Source: Christensenella sp. UBA6094 (GTDB lineage Bacteria; Bacillota; Clostridia; Christensenellales; UBA6094). Taken from it: a DNA stretch of 64,000 nt. Below are positions 31,078 through 41,246 of the stretch, one piece after another. Location: assembly GCA_002435915.1 (NCBI GenBank), contig DIWY01000004.1, positions 138,053 to 202,052 on the forward strand. Direction: 5' to 3'. Each line of letters starts with the position of its first letter. Positions within the stretch are counted from its first letter, which is position 1. A program made the position numbers and the translations under genes. Under the pieces are notes generated by a model. That model saw only the letters and a program-made list of their open reading frames with translations, made no database searches and was not told the DNA's origin.

Positions 31078-32262
31078 TTATACGAATGTCTTATTATTTT
31101 TAATTTCAGCATACAAAGGAGAAGCTTCTCTTAGTTTTTCAATTATTTCCGGAAGCACTTTTAATACATAATCTATATCTTCTTCTGAGTTATCATCACC
31201 TAAAGTTATCCTTAACGATCCATTTGCTATATCGCTTGATAAACCAATAGCTAATAATACATGCGACGGTTCAATTGAGCCAGCTGAACATGCAGAGCCA
31301 CTGGAGGCAGCAATGCCTTTCATATCTAGATTCACTAACAAACTTTGTCCGTCCACATTTTCAAAACAAAAGTTTGCATTACCAGGCAGTCTTTTTTCAG
31401 GATGGCCATTTAATATAGTATTTGGTATCTTTTCCAATACACCCTCAATTAGCTTATCTCTCATCCTTTTTAATTTAGCAACATAGATGCCTATGTTAGC
31501 GTTAGCAAGTTCGATTGCTTTACCTAAACCAACAATGCCCGCTACATTTTCTGTGCCAGCCCTTTTGCCAAATTCATGATCACCGCCGTGTTGCAGACCT
31601 TCGAATTTTGTGCCCTTTTTTACATACAGTACGCCTACACCTTTTGGCCCGTAAAATTTATGACCAGAAAGCGAAAGCATATCAATGCACAGCATTTTAA
31701 CGTCAATTGGTAAATTGCCAACTGCTTGAACCGCATCAGTATGAAATATAACATCTTTTTCTTTGCATACTTTGCTAATCTCAGTTATTGGCATAATCGT
31801 ACCAATTTCATTGTTAGCAAACATTATAGATACTAATATCGTTTTATCAGTAATAGCATTTGCTACTTGATCTGCCGTCACAAGTCCTTTATCATCAACT
31901 GGTAAAAAAGTAACATCAAAGCCGTTTTGCTCAAGATATTTTGCTGTATGCTCGATTGCGTGATGTTCTATGTTTGTAGTAATAATATGGTTGCCTTTAT
32001 TTTTGTTTGCGTACGCAACGCCTTTTAAAGCAATGTTGTCAGATTCGGTCGCACAGGATGTGAAATATATTTCACGAGGCTCAGCTCCTAAAGCTTTAGC
32101 AACTTGTTCTCTTGCTTTATCAATGGCAATTCTTGCTTCTCTGCCAAAAGAATGAACACTAGATGCGTTGCCAAATTTTTCTGTTAAATAGGGCAACATC
32201 TCTTGTAGAACTTCCGGCTTAATTGGCGTTGTAGCTGAATGATCAAGATAAATTCTCTTCAA
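31078..32262 (-). CDS. nifS: cysteine desulfurase NifS/IscS type
   Basis: PLP lysine motif SGHKFYGPKGVG and catalytic loop SSGSACS. 394 aa. Confidence 0.9.
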   Translation of the reverse strand: MKRIYLDHSATTPIKPEVLQEMLPYLTEKFGNASSVHSFGREARIAIDKAREQVAKALGAEPREIYFTSCATESDNIALKGVAYANKNKGNHIITTNIEHHAIEHTAKYLEQNGFDVTFLPVDDKGLVTADQVANAITDKTILVSIMFANNEIGTIMPITEISKVCKEKDVIFHTDAVQAVGNLPIDVKMLCIDMLSLSGHKFYGPKGVGVLYVKKGTKFEGLQHGGDHEFGKRAGTENVAGIVGLGKAIELANANIGIYVAKLKRMRDKLIEGVLEKIPNTILNGHPEKRLPGNANFCFENVDGQSLLVNLDMKGIAASSGSACSAGSIEPSHVLLAIGLSSDIANGSLRITLGDDNSEEDIDYVLKVLPEIIEKLREASPLYAEIKNNKTFV

Positions 32263-32692
32263 TTAAGGTTTCTCCTTCAAGTGTATTTTTCTTCCTATCC
32301 ACAACATCTCTCAAGCTTATTTTGGACATCTGTTTAAAAAACTCGTCTTGCATTTCAATGAGAATATCGTGAGCAGGACACACCTCTCTAACAGAACAAG
32401 TATCCCCCGTCATAAGACATTTTGAAATGATTTGCTCACCTTCAGTGACTTTCAATATATCAGCTAAACTAATCTGTTCAGGCTCTCTTTTGAGGATGTA
32501 TCCGCCGTTTATACCTCTTATACCGGTTACAAGGTCTGCACCTTTAAGTAGAAATAACAGCTGCTCTAAATACGTCTCGGGTATCTGTTGTTTTTCCACC
32601 ATATAAGATATGCTAACAGGACCTATCCCGTAATTAAGTGCTAATTCATATAAAGCACGAATACTGTAGCTAGTTCTTGTTGATATTAACAT
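32243..32692 (-). CDS. Rrf2 family transcriptional regulator (IscR/CymR-like)
   Basis: N-terminal wHTH (TRTSYSIRALYELA...) and a cysteine cluster C..C......C. Overlaps nifS by 20 nt. Confidence 0.85.
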   Translation of the reverse strand: MLISTRTSYSIRALYELALNYGIGPVSISYMVEKQQIPETYLEQLLFLLKGADLVTGIRGINGGYILKREPEQISLADILKVTEGEQIISKCLMTGDTCSVREVCPAHDILIEMQDEFFKQMSKISLRDVVDRKKNTLEGETLIEENLS

Positions 32693-32754
32693 TCCTACAC
32701 CTCAAATCAAATTCATAAAGCAAATTAGATAACATACATATAACGAAATTAATC

Positions 32755-33993
32755 TTACTCGTAAAGCTTATATTGAGCGCATAGGTTCAATACATCTTGC
32801 TTTACAGAGTCGACTGCTGTATCTCCACCTTTAACAACTCTTGAGATAAAATCAGCAATCATAACCATTTCGTTTTCTTTCATACCTCTTGTCGTGACAG
32901 CAGGTGTTCCAATTCTAATGCCACTACCAACATAAGGGCTTTGAGTATCATATGGTATTGTATTTTTGTTTACTGTTATATTAGCGTCTCCCAATTGATG
33001 TTCAACTTCTTTGCCGGTTTTTCCAAACGACGTTAAATCGATTAGCATCATATGGTTATCTGTGCCGCCCGATACAACTCTAACACCATTCTCCATGAAT
33101 CTTGTTGCCATTGTATTAGCATTAGCAGCAATTTGTTGTTGATAAACCTTAAACTCATCTTCCATTGCAAGCTTTAAGCAAACAGCTTTAGCAGCAATTA
33201 TGTGCATAAGTGGTCCACCTTGAAGTCCTGGAAAAATTGCTTTATCTATTTTGCTAGCATGCTCAGCTTTGCACATTATCATACCACCACGAGGACCTCT
33301 GAGTGTTTTATGGGTAGTAGTTGTAACAAAATCAGCATACGGAACAGGGCTTTCGTGGATACCTGCAGCCACTAGTCCAGCAATATGTGCAATGTCAACC
33401 ATCAAATATGCGCCAACTTCTTTTGCGATATCTGAAAAGGTTTTGAAGTCGATATTTCTTGAGTAAGCTGTTGCACCCGCGATTATCATCTTAGGCTTTT
33501 CTTTTTTTGCTAGATCTCTAAGCTCATCATAGTCGATTCGTTCATTATCTTTTCTAACTCCGTATGGCACAACGTTAAAGTATTTGCCAGTCAAATTAAC
33601 TGGGCTACCATGTGTTAAATGTCCACCTTGCGATAGGTTCATGCCAAGAACAGTATCTCCAGGATTCAAGCAAGCATAATAAACTGCTATATTAGCGTTT
33701 GCGCCTGAATGAGGCTGAACATTTGCATGCTCTGCGCCAAACAGTAGCTTAGCACGGTCAATAGCTAACTGTTCTGCAACATCTACGTATTCGCAACCGC
33801 CATAATATCTTTTACCAGGATAACCTTCTGCATATTTGTTAGTTAATACACTGCCAGCAGCTTCAAGAACAGCTGGATGAACAAAGTTTTCAGAAGCAAT
33901 TAATTCCAAATGGTCTCTTTGTCTTTGTAATTCATCAAGCATCGCTGCTGCTAGTTCAGGATCAACTTTGTTTATTTTTTCATAATTAATCAT
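32755..33993 (-). CDS. glyA: serine hydroxymethyltransferase
   Basis: [17 protein letters not shown] motif. 412 aa. Confidence 0.97.
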   Translation of the reverse strand: MINYEKINKVDPELAAAMLDELQRQRDHLELIASENFVHPAVLEAAGSVLTNKYAEGYPGKRYYGGCEYVDVAEQLAIDRAKLLFGAEHANVQPHSGANANIAVYYACLNPGDTVLGMNLSQGGHLTHGSPVNLTGKYFNVVPYGVRKDNERIDYDELRDLAKKEKPKMIIAGATAYSRNIDFKTFSDIAKEVGAYLMVDIAHIAGLVAAGIHESPVPYADFVTTTTHKTLRGPRGGMIMCKAEHASKIDKAIFPGLQGGPLMHIIAAKAVCLKLAMEDEFKVYQQQIAANANTMATRFMENGVRVVSGGTDNHMMLIDLTSFGKTGKEVEHQLGDANITVNKNTIPYDTQSPYVGSGIRIGTPAVTTRGMKENEMVMIADFISRVVKGGDTAVDSVKQDVLNLCAQYKLYE

Positions 33994-34004
33994 AAAAAAT
34001 CACC

Positions 34005-34511
34005 TTATTCTTCATTTTTACCACAGCATTTTTTATATTTTTTGCCACTGCCACATGGGCATGGATCATTACGTCCTACAGTTTTTTCGCTTACTGCAAT
34101 AGAGCTTCTTTTATATTCTTTTGCAATTTCGTTTCTTTTTTCTAAAGGTAAAACGTCATTCCATTTTTCAATATTGTATAGCCATGGTGCTTTTGCTTTT
34201 TGCATATTGTAATATAGCTTTTCAAAGTCTATATCTAATTTAATTTTAGTGTTCTCTTTAATTGTTTTTAGATTCAGTTCTTTTTTCAAACTGGAATTGA
34301 TACCATCAAGGAAACCCATAAATAGTTCATGAGTCCTACCAAAATGTTCAGCGAGTTCAGCAAATGTACCTTCTATAATTTTTGTTGAATCTGAAAGTAT
34401 TTCAGTATAGAATTCTTTTTCGGTTGAAAAGTACTCGCCCCAAAAAGCGTCCGATGCTTCGTGCTCTCTTTTCACTTCTGTCTCAGCTAACCATTTATCA
34501 TATATTGTCAT
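34005..34511 (-). CDS. SEC-C metal-binding motif protein
   Basis: C-terminal [17 protein letters not shown]. The RBS GGAGA lies inside the last icd codons and the gap to the icd stop is 2 nt. Confidence 0.7.
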   Translation of the reverse strand: MTIYDKWLAETEVKREHEASDAFWGEYFSTEKEFYTEILSDSTKIIEGTFAELAEHFGRTHELFMGFLDGINSSLKKELNLKTIKENTKIKLDIDFEKLYYNMQKAKAPWLYNIEKWNDVLPLEKRNEIAKEYKRSSIAVSEKTVGRNDPCPCGSGKKYKKCCGKNEE

Positions 34512-34513
34512 TA

Positions 34514-35734
34514 TTATTCTCCTTTTGCCATTAGCTTATTTAATGTATTTGCAACTTCATCAATAAAGTTTTCGGTATTAACAGTTTTAACATTATCAAG
34601 CGTACTTAGTAATGCCAAATCTTTTGTCATTTTGCCGTCCTCTATTGTTTTAATTGTTGCCTCTTCTAGCAATTTAGCAAAATTCGCAAGCTCTTTATTT
34701 CCGTCTAATTCGCCTCTTTTTTGCAGTGCACCTGTCCAAGCAAATATTGTAGCAACACTGTTTGTGGAAGTCTCTTCACCCTTAAGATGTCTATAATAAT
34801 GTCTTGTGACTGTTCCGTGCGCTGCTTCATATTCAAACACCCCTTGCGGGGATACAAGTACTGATGTCATCATAGCTAGTGAGCCAAAAGCTGTAGCTAC
34901 CATGTCGGACATAACGTCTCCGTCATAGTTTTTGCACGCCCAAATAAATCCTCCATCGGATCTTATTACTCGTGCAACTGCATCATCTATCAAAGTATAG
35001 AAATACTCTATTCCAAGACTCTCAAAGCGTGATTTATACTCATTGTCATAGATATCTTGGAAAAGATCTTTAAAATGATGATCGTATTTCTTTGAAATTG
35101 TATCTTTTGTAGCAAACCAAATGTCTTGCTTTGTTGAAAGCGCGTATGTAAAGCAAGCATGAGCAAATGAAACGATAGATTTGTCTGTATTATGCATGCC
35201 TTGTATTATTCCAGGGCCATCAAATACATGTATTGTTTCTCTATCTTCATTACCATTCTCGTCAGTAAATACAATTTCTGCTTTTCCAGGTCCTTTAGCT
35301 CTATACTCTACGCTCTTATATACATCGCCATAAGCGTGCCTTGCTATAGTGATTGGTTTCTTCCATGTAGAAACACTTGGAGTGATGCCATTTACTGTAA
35401 CTGGCGCTCTAAATACAGTTCCATCAAGAATAGCTCTTAGAGTAGCATTTGGGCTTGGGTACATAGCCTTTAGACCATATTCTTTAACTCTCTGTGCATT
35501 AGGAGTTATTGTAGCGCATTTTACGCCTACTCCATATTTCATTATTGCATAAGCAGCTTCTTCTGTAACTTTATCATCAGTCTCATCTCTATAAGGAAGA
35601 CCAAGATCATAATACTCTGTGTTTAATTCAATATATGGAGAAAGTAATTTATCTTTAATCATTTTCCATATTATTCGGGTCATTTCATCTCCGTCAAGTT
35701 CAACTAAGGGCGTTGCCATACTAATCTTCTGCAT
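34514..35734 (-). CDS. icd: NADP-dependent isocitrate dehydrogenase (eukaryote-like homodimeric subfamily)
   Basis: [16 protein letters not shown]-terminus and TRHYRxH-like [24 protein letters not shown] precedes the ATG at 35734. Confidence 0.92.
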   Translation of the reverse strand: MQKISMATPLVELDGDEMTRIIWKMIKDKLLSPYIELNTEYYDLGLPYRDETDDKVTEEAAYAIMKYGVGVKCATITPNAQRVKEYGLKAMYPSPNATLRAILDGTVFRAPVTVNGITPSVSTWKKPITIARHAYGDVYKSVEYRAKGPGKAEIVFTDENGNEDRETIHVFDGPGIIQGMHNTDKSIVSFAHACFTYALSTKQDIWFATKDTISKKYDHHFKDLFQDIYDNEYKSRFESLGIEYFYTLIDDAVARVIRSDGGFIWACKNYDGDVMSDMVATAFGSLAMMTSVLVSPQGVFEYEAAHGTVTRHYYRHLKGEETSTNSVATIFAWTGALQKRGELDGNKELANFAKLLEEATIKTIEDGKMTKDLALLSTLDNVKTVNTENFIDEVANTLNKLMAKGE

Positions 35735-35820
35735 AATTTCCCACCTCAATATATATTCACATCTATTCTAAATTATATATATGATAATAGCAAGAGCCTA
35801 CAACCACTTAAATATATAGA

Positions 35821-35847
35821 AAAAACCATCTGTAAAGATGGTTTTTT
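35821..35847 (-). terminator. Rho-independent terminator after ddl
   Basis: AAAAACCATC-TTTACA-GATGGTTTTT with a T-run on the minus strand. Confidence 0.8.
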
Positions 35848-35887
35848 AAGTAAATCAGTAATATAAGCTTCCCATTATCTGTAATAG

Positions 35888-37072
35888 TTATTTTACTAGT
35901 TTAGCTGACCCTGCTTTCATTTTACTTAAAATATTTGAATCATATGCATAATTGTTATCTTGCATCTGCTTATGTAGCACAAAAGCTTGGTTAATCATCT
36001 CATCAATAAGTGTTGGATATGTCACTCCGATTGGATCCCATAGATAAAAAGCAAATGAACCTGGTAGTGAGTTGATTTCGTTTACGTATAAAGTGTTTGT
36101 TGCTTTATCAATAATGAAATCTATACGCACGATACCTTTGCAGTCAAGTGCTGCAAATATATTCTTAGAAAGCTGCCTAACATTATCAGCCATTTCTTGA
36201 GATATTTGTGCAGGAATACGCCTGTCTAGCGATGCCATACCTTTACTCTTTCCACCACGTAGATATTTTTCGTCAAATGTTAAGAATGACTCCCAAGTAA
36301 CAGGCTCTTCAAGTTCGGATACTTTTATATCATCCTCAAATCCAAGACAAGAACAGTTTACTTCCATCAGATTTTCAACTGCATGCTCAATTATAAGACG
36401 TCTGTCATAGCTTGCTGCAACTTTTATAGCAGTAATAAGTGTATCTTTATCAGTAGCTTTGGATATACCAATGCTAGAACCAAGGTTTGAAGGTTTAACG
36501 ATCATTGGATATCCAATCTCAGCTTCTGCTCTATTAATAATTGCGTTTTGATCTTCGTTCCATTGAGTTCTGGTAAAATTGATATACGGTATTTGTGGGA
36601 ATCCACAGCCTTTGAATACGGATTTCATGACTATTTTATCCATGCCAACAGCAGATCCCATTATTCCCGTGCAAGCGTATGGTATTTCCGCCAATTGGAA
36701 CAAGCCTTGCATAGAACCATCTTCGCCGTTCATGCCATGCATTGCAGGGATTACAGCATCAATATGTATATCTTGAGCTTTGCTGCCTCCAAAGAAACCA
36801 GTTTTCTTTTCAGCGCTCATTAAACTCGATGAACCAGGTATTGGAGAGATATAAACTTTTTCTATATCTTTGCTGTTACCATCAAACGTTTTTAAGAATT
36901 CAATATCACGCAGTTTTTCTCCTGTATACCACTGCCCGTCACGCGCGATATAAACTGGTACAATGTTATATTTATTTTTGTCTGCGTTATCCATAAGTTG
37001 TACTCCAGTAATTATGGATACATCATGTTCTGCGGTTTTACCGCCGTATAGTACAGCAATAGATTTTTTCAT
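35888..37072 (-). CDS. ddl: D-alanine--D-alanine ligase family ATP-grasp enzyme (long form)
   Basis: IAVLYGGKTAEHDVS, HGMNGEDGSMQGLFQLAEIPY and VNEINSLPG. 394 aa. Confidence 0.88.
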   Translation of the reverse strand: MKKSIAVLYGGKTAEHDVSIITGVQLMDNADKNKYNIVPVYIARDGQWYTGEKLRDIEFLKTFDGNSKDIEKVYISPIPGSSSLMSAEKKTGFFGGSKAQDIHIDAVIPAMHGMNGEDGSMQGLFQLAEIPYACTGIMGSAVGMDKIVMKSVFKGCGFPQIPYINFTRTQWNEDQNAIINRAEAEIGYPMIVKPSNLGSSIGISKATDKDTLITAIKVAASYDRRLIIEHAVENLMEVNCSCLGFEDDIKVSELEEPVTWESFLTFDEKYLRGGKSKGMASLDRRIPAQISQEMADNVRQLSKNIFAALDCKGIVRIDFIIDKATNTLYVNEINSLPGSFAFYLWDPIGVTYPTLIDEMINQAFVLHKQMQDNNYAYDSNILSKMKAGSAKLVK

Positions 37073-37088
37073 TTTTATGTCTCCTTAT

Positions 37089-38747
37089 TTATTCGTTATA
37101 ATTGTCTGGCAAATCATTTTCAAATAAAACAATGTCACCAGTTCTAGATATTTTCTTAAGCTGAGCTGTAGCATCATCAAGATTTTTAACAGTAATTATA
37201 TTATCGCTGTTAAAGCCCATCCCGATTAACCCTTCTTTGATAGGAGCTGTGTGATTTGGCCCAACAAGTATAACCATATCAACCTTATCTGCCATATAAG
37301 CACCAAAGAGTTTATTCTCGTTGCTTTCCTCATCACCCAATTCAACCATACCAGGTGTGATTACTATTTTTCTGCCTTCAAAAGCTGATATTACATCAAT
37401 TGCAGCCCTTGTACCAGCTGGGTTTGAATTATATGCATCATCAATAACTGTTATCCCGTTGTTTGATGGAACAATTTGCAGTCTGTGATCAATTGTTTGT
37501 ACTTTCCATATACCTCTTTCGATTTGTGCAAGAGATAATCCTAATTCATAAGCGAGTGTTGCTGCGCCCAAAATATTTTGAATATTGTGTTTGCCAAGCA
37601 ATATTGTTTGACAGAATATTTCATCTTTACCATCGCATAATGTAAAACTACTACCCGTTGTTGCAACTGAGTAATCTTTTATTGTAAGTGGAGTAGTATA
37701 CCCCTCTTGCCCATCTAAAGAAAAAGCAAGTTTATTTATCGCAGTTTTATCGTATAGTTTTCTACATATATCGTTATCAATTGGGAAAACTGCTATACCG
37801 TCATCAGGTAAAGCTTCGATAAGCTCATATTTTGTTTTTATTATATTCTCTAAAGATCCAAAGGTTTCTAAATGCTGTGGACCGATAGAACTAATAAGTC
37901 CATATTGTGGTTCTACAAGATCGCACAATTCTGTAATATCGCCAGCTTGTTTAGCACCCATCTCAGCTATGAAAATCTCATGTTCTTCAGTAAGTTGTTC
38001 TCTAATTACTCGAACAACACCCATTGGCGTATTATAACTGTACGGTGTAATAAGTGTTTTATATTTTTGGTTTAATATTGTTCCCAAAATATATTTAGCA
38101 CTGGTTTTACCATAGCTACCAGTAATACCTATTTTTATTAGATCTACCATATCGTCAATTTTATCTTTTGCTTCATCATAAAACTTTTGTTTGATCTTCT
38201 CTTCGTTTTTCTCAACACTCTTAGCTGCAAAAGCAACTATCTGTGGAACAAGAAGGGTTGGCAACATTACTATTATATAAAAAACTAAAATATTTGAATT
38301 TATAGCAATAAAAAATGCTACACCAGAAAGTATTGACCATATGACAGCAGATATTACTTTAATGCGAGAAATAAGTCTCTTTACTCTATCAGTAATGACT
38401 AGTTCCTTTTTCATGCTTTTCTTAGTAGTCATCGAATATGCAAAGCCTGCTATCGCTGAATAGAACAAAGAGCCTGCAATCATTAGAAATGTTGCAAATG
38501 AATTATTTACTCCATCAGGTATAAAAACACCAATAGCACCATAGAGAAGCACTGGGACTAAGTATATACATTGTATCTTTAAATTCTTCTTATTATTTGA
38601 AATCCATTTTTTATAAGCGTCTACCTTGTAACTTTCTAACTGCAAAACATGAATATACGGGTATGCAAAACGTGCATTACCCATTCCCATAAAAATTGCA
38701 AATGAAACCATTATGAAAAAATACTGATTTAAGCCACCATAATTCAT
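37089..38747 (-). CDS. murF: MurF-type Mur ligase with N-terminal five-helix membrane domain replacing domain 1
   Basis: From about aa 205: GITGSYGKTS, FIAEMGA, SSIGPQHLETFGS, DHRLQ, IDDAYNSNP and PGMVELGDEE. Residues 1-175 are hydrophobic helices. Confidence 0.8.
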   Translation of the reverse strand: MNYGGLNQYFFIMVSFAIFMGMGNARFAYPYIHVLQLESYKVDAYKKWISNNKKNLKIQCIYLVPVLLYGAIGVFIPDGVNNSFATFLMIAGSLFYSAIAGFAYSMTTKKSMKKELVITDRVKRLISRIKVISAVIWSILSGVAFFIAINSNILVFYIIVMLPTLLVPQIVAFAAKSVEKNEEKIKQKFYDEAKDKIDDMVDLIKIGITGSYGKTSAKYILGTILNQKYKTLITPYSYNTPMGVVRVIREQLTEEHEIFIAEMGAKQAGDITELCDLVEPQYGLISSIGPQHLETFGSLENIIKTKYELIEALPDDGIAVFPIDNDICRKLYDKTAINKLAFSLDGQEGYTTPLTIKDYSVATTGSSFTLCDGKDEIFCQTILLGKHNIQNILGAATLAYELGLSLAQIERGIWKVQTIDHRLQIVPSNNGITVIDDAYNSNPAGTRAAIDVISAFEGRKIVITPGMVELGDEESNENKLFGAYMADKVDMVILVGPNHTAPIKEGLIGMGFNSDNIITVKNLDDATAQLKKISRTGDIVLFENDLPDNYNE

Positions 38748-38749
38748 TA

Positions 38750-39520
38750 TTAACCCTCCAAAAATACAGAAACTATCTTATTGAAAGAAGCAGATTGATC
38801 TATATAACTAAAATGCCCAGCATTTTCTAGCACAACTAGCCCAGCATCTTTAATTTTCTTTTCCATTGTCTCTCCGAAATAAACAGGTGTCTCTTTGTCG
38901 TCTTTCCCCCATATCAGCAATGTCGAAGCTTCAATGTTTTGTAAATATGGTTCAAGATCATCATTAACAACCGAAACAAAAACTTTTTTCATTGTATCAT
39001 TTAACATTTGATAATCGCTTGAGCCTGCATTTTTACCTAATGATTTTGAATCCATTCCAAGAACTTTAATTATACCTTTACCCATGCCGGAATTGGCAAT
39101 TTTTTTGAGTGTTTTATATCTATACACTTTAATGTAATACGATAATGGACGTTTAGGAATAAGCCCAGCAGCATCAACGAGAACAAGTTTGCCAACCAAT
39201 TGTTTATAGTGTGACGCAAGATAAATTGACACTCTTCCGCCAAATGAGTGTGCTATTATATCAACCGGTTCCAATTTCATTTCTTGTATAAATGCAGCGA
39301 TTAGTTCAGCATAGTCTTTCACTTTCCATGTAGATGGTGGATCTATTGATTGCCCAAATCCCGGAAAATCAACAGTAATTACTCGTCTGTTTTTTTGCAT
39401 AGCATTTCTTATTGGTATAAAAGAATCTACATTACCGCCCCAGCCATGCAATAGCAAAAGAGGTTTTCCCTGCCCCTGCTCTATATAATACATGCTTATA
39501 TCACCAAATTGAAAAAACAT
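38750..39520 (-). CDS. alpha/beta hydrolase
   Basis: LLLHGWGG oxyanion region, AHSFGG nucleophile elbow and a C-terminal GH. 256 aa. Confidence 0.8.
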   Translation of the reverse strand: MFFQFGDISMYYIEQGQGKPLLLLHGWGGNVDSFIPIRNAMQKNRRVITVDFPGFGQSIDPPSTWKVKDYAELIAAFIQEMKLEPVDIIAHSFGGRVSIYLASHYKQLVGKLVLVDAAGLIPKRPLSYYIKVYRYKTLKKIANSGMGKGIIKVLGMDSKSLGKNAGSSDYQMLNDTMKKVFVSVVNDDLEPYLQNIEASTLLIWGKDDKETPVYFGETMEKKIKDAGLVVLENAGHFSYIDQSASFNKIVSVFLEG

Positions 39521-39532
39521 ATAATACTCCTC

Positions 39533-40024
39533 TTAATTGAACTCTTTGGCTAATTCTTGAACATCGTTATTCCACATTATATAAGCATCTTCATTATTGT
39601 TCGAATAATATTTTTTGCGAACACCTTGAACACTAAATCCCATTTTCTCGTATAGCGCCTGAGCACCTAGGTTTGACTCTCTTACTTCTAACGTCATATG
39701 CTTCATGCCTTGAGCCACTGCTAATATTATCATATTTTTCATTAGTTGTGTAGCTAAACCCATACGTCTATATTCTGGATTAGTCGCAAAATTTGTTATA
39801 TGCGCTTCATCAATAATAAGCCACATACCACCATAGGAAACAATAACTCCGTCTTTTTCAATAACAAGATATCTTGCGCAGTCATTATCAGTGATTTCCT
39901 TTCGCAAAGCATGTAATGGCCATGGAGTTGGAAAGCATAATACTTCAAGTTCTGCAACTTGATTCAAATCTTTTTCTTCCATTTTGCGACAAATATACTC
40001 AATATTCTCGTTTTTGCACATCAT
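39533..40024 (-). CDS. rimI: ribosomal-protein-alanine N-acetyltransferase
   Basis: GNAT fold (RRMGLATQLM). ATGA overlap with tsaB. Classic tsaE-tsaB-rimI order. Confidence 0.85.
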   Translation of the reverse strand: MMCKNENIEYICRKMEEKDLNQVAELEVLCFPTPWPLHALRKEITDNDCARYLVIEKDGVIVSYGGMWLIIDEAHITNFATNPEYRRMGLATQLMKNMIILAVAQGMKHMTLEVRESNLGAQALYEKMGFSVQGVRKKYYSNNNEDAYIMWNNDVQELAKEFN

Positions 40025-40722
40025 TTATTATTAAGCTCTCTTTCCGCTTGTGTTTTTTTAAGATATTTCGGCTCAAGTTCTAAATAATTAATTGTGTTAT
40101 TGTTTAAAGCGCAAACTTTAGTTAGCACCGCAACATTTTTTGCATCAATAATAGATGCATATGTGTTTGCAATTATTGCTTTTTCTCCAAATGCTTTTTT
40201 AATCTTCGTACTATGATTAAGTGCTCCATCTCCAATGAATACAATACTTTCATCAGAAGCTGCACTTTGTGTTTTTGATATAAGTTCATCAATACTAAAT
40301 GCACTATCTTCAATCACAGAATGAAGCATATAGTTATTACTTGAATATAAAGCACCATATACCTGATCGTTTCTTGCATCAAGTATTGGGCATATGTATT
40401 TACTACCGTCATCTGCCGAAACAGCTAAAGCTTTTAGCGAGCTAATAGCAGCTATAGGTTTGTTCGTCACGTGCGCAAATGCTTTTATTGTAGAAACGCC
40501 TATGCGAAGACCTGTATATGAGCCAGGGCCTACTGTAACCCCAAATACATCTATATCTTTAATATTATATTTTGCTTTATCTAGTGCATACTCAATCTGC
40601 GGCATGATCGTTTCGCTATGTGTTTTTTTCACATTGAAGTATGAATTGAAAAGTATCTTATCATCATTAGCTATGCAAATTGACAAAGAAGATGATGAAC
40701 AGTCAACTGCTAGTATTTTCAT
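40021..40722 (-). CDS. tsaB: tRNA t6A biosynthesis protein TsaB
   Basis: MKILAVDCSS..., GPGSYTGLRIG. Confidence 0.9.
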   Translation of the reverse strand: MKILAVDCSSSSLSICIANDDKILFNSYFNVKKTHSETIMPQIEYALDKAKYNIKDIDVFGVTVGPGSYTGLRIGVSTIKAFAHVTNKPIAAISSLKALAVSADDGSKYICPILDARNDQVYGALYSSNNYMLHSVIEDSAFSIDELISKTQSAASDESIVFIGDGALNHSTKIKKAFGEKAIIANTYASIIDAKNVAVLTKVCALNNNTINYLELEPKYLKKTQAERELNNK

Positions 40723-41189
40723 TTATTACCCTCCATACTTATTATAATATCCTCGAGGAGACCAGTATGGCATATTCCATAAGCTGTTAAAGTAATTGTT
40801 CTGTCATCGTCACCACTGCCAGAAATATTTATCTCAAGATACTCTTTTCTATTTAGTGGAAGATTGTTAGGCCATTCTATAGCACAAACTCCATCTCCAT
40901 CAAAATACTCATTAAAACCAAGCTCATCTATTTCCTCAGCGCTAGAAAGCCTATATAAATCAAAGTGATAAAGAGGCAATCTTCCAGAATAAATATTTAA
41001 AATAGCAAAAGAAGGGCTAGTTACATTATTATTAATGCCAAGCCCTTTTGCTATACCTTTAGTCAATTCAGTTTTGCCTGCACCTAATTGACCATTAATA
41101 GTAATAATAGTACTTGGGAAACAGTGCGAGCCGATTTTAAAACCAAGATTATTTGTTTGTGTATCACTTTTAGATGTAATTACGTACAT
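40719..41189 (-). CDS. tsaE: tRNA t6A biosynthesis ATPase TsaE
   Basis: GQLGAGKTELTKG P-loop and HFDLYRL. Confidence 0.9.
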   Translation of the reverse strand: MYVITSKSDTQTNNLGFKIGSHCFPSTIITINGQLGAGKTELTKGIAKGLGINNNVTSPSFAILNIYSGRLPLYHFDLYRLSSAEEIDELGFNEYFDGDGVCAIEWPNNLPLNRKEYLEINISGSGDDDRTITLTAYGICHTGLLEDIIISMEGNK

Positions 41190-41246
41190 ATGTTCACCTT
41201 TATTAGGATTAAATAATTATATCCTAAAAGAGAGTAATGATATCAG

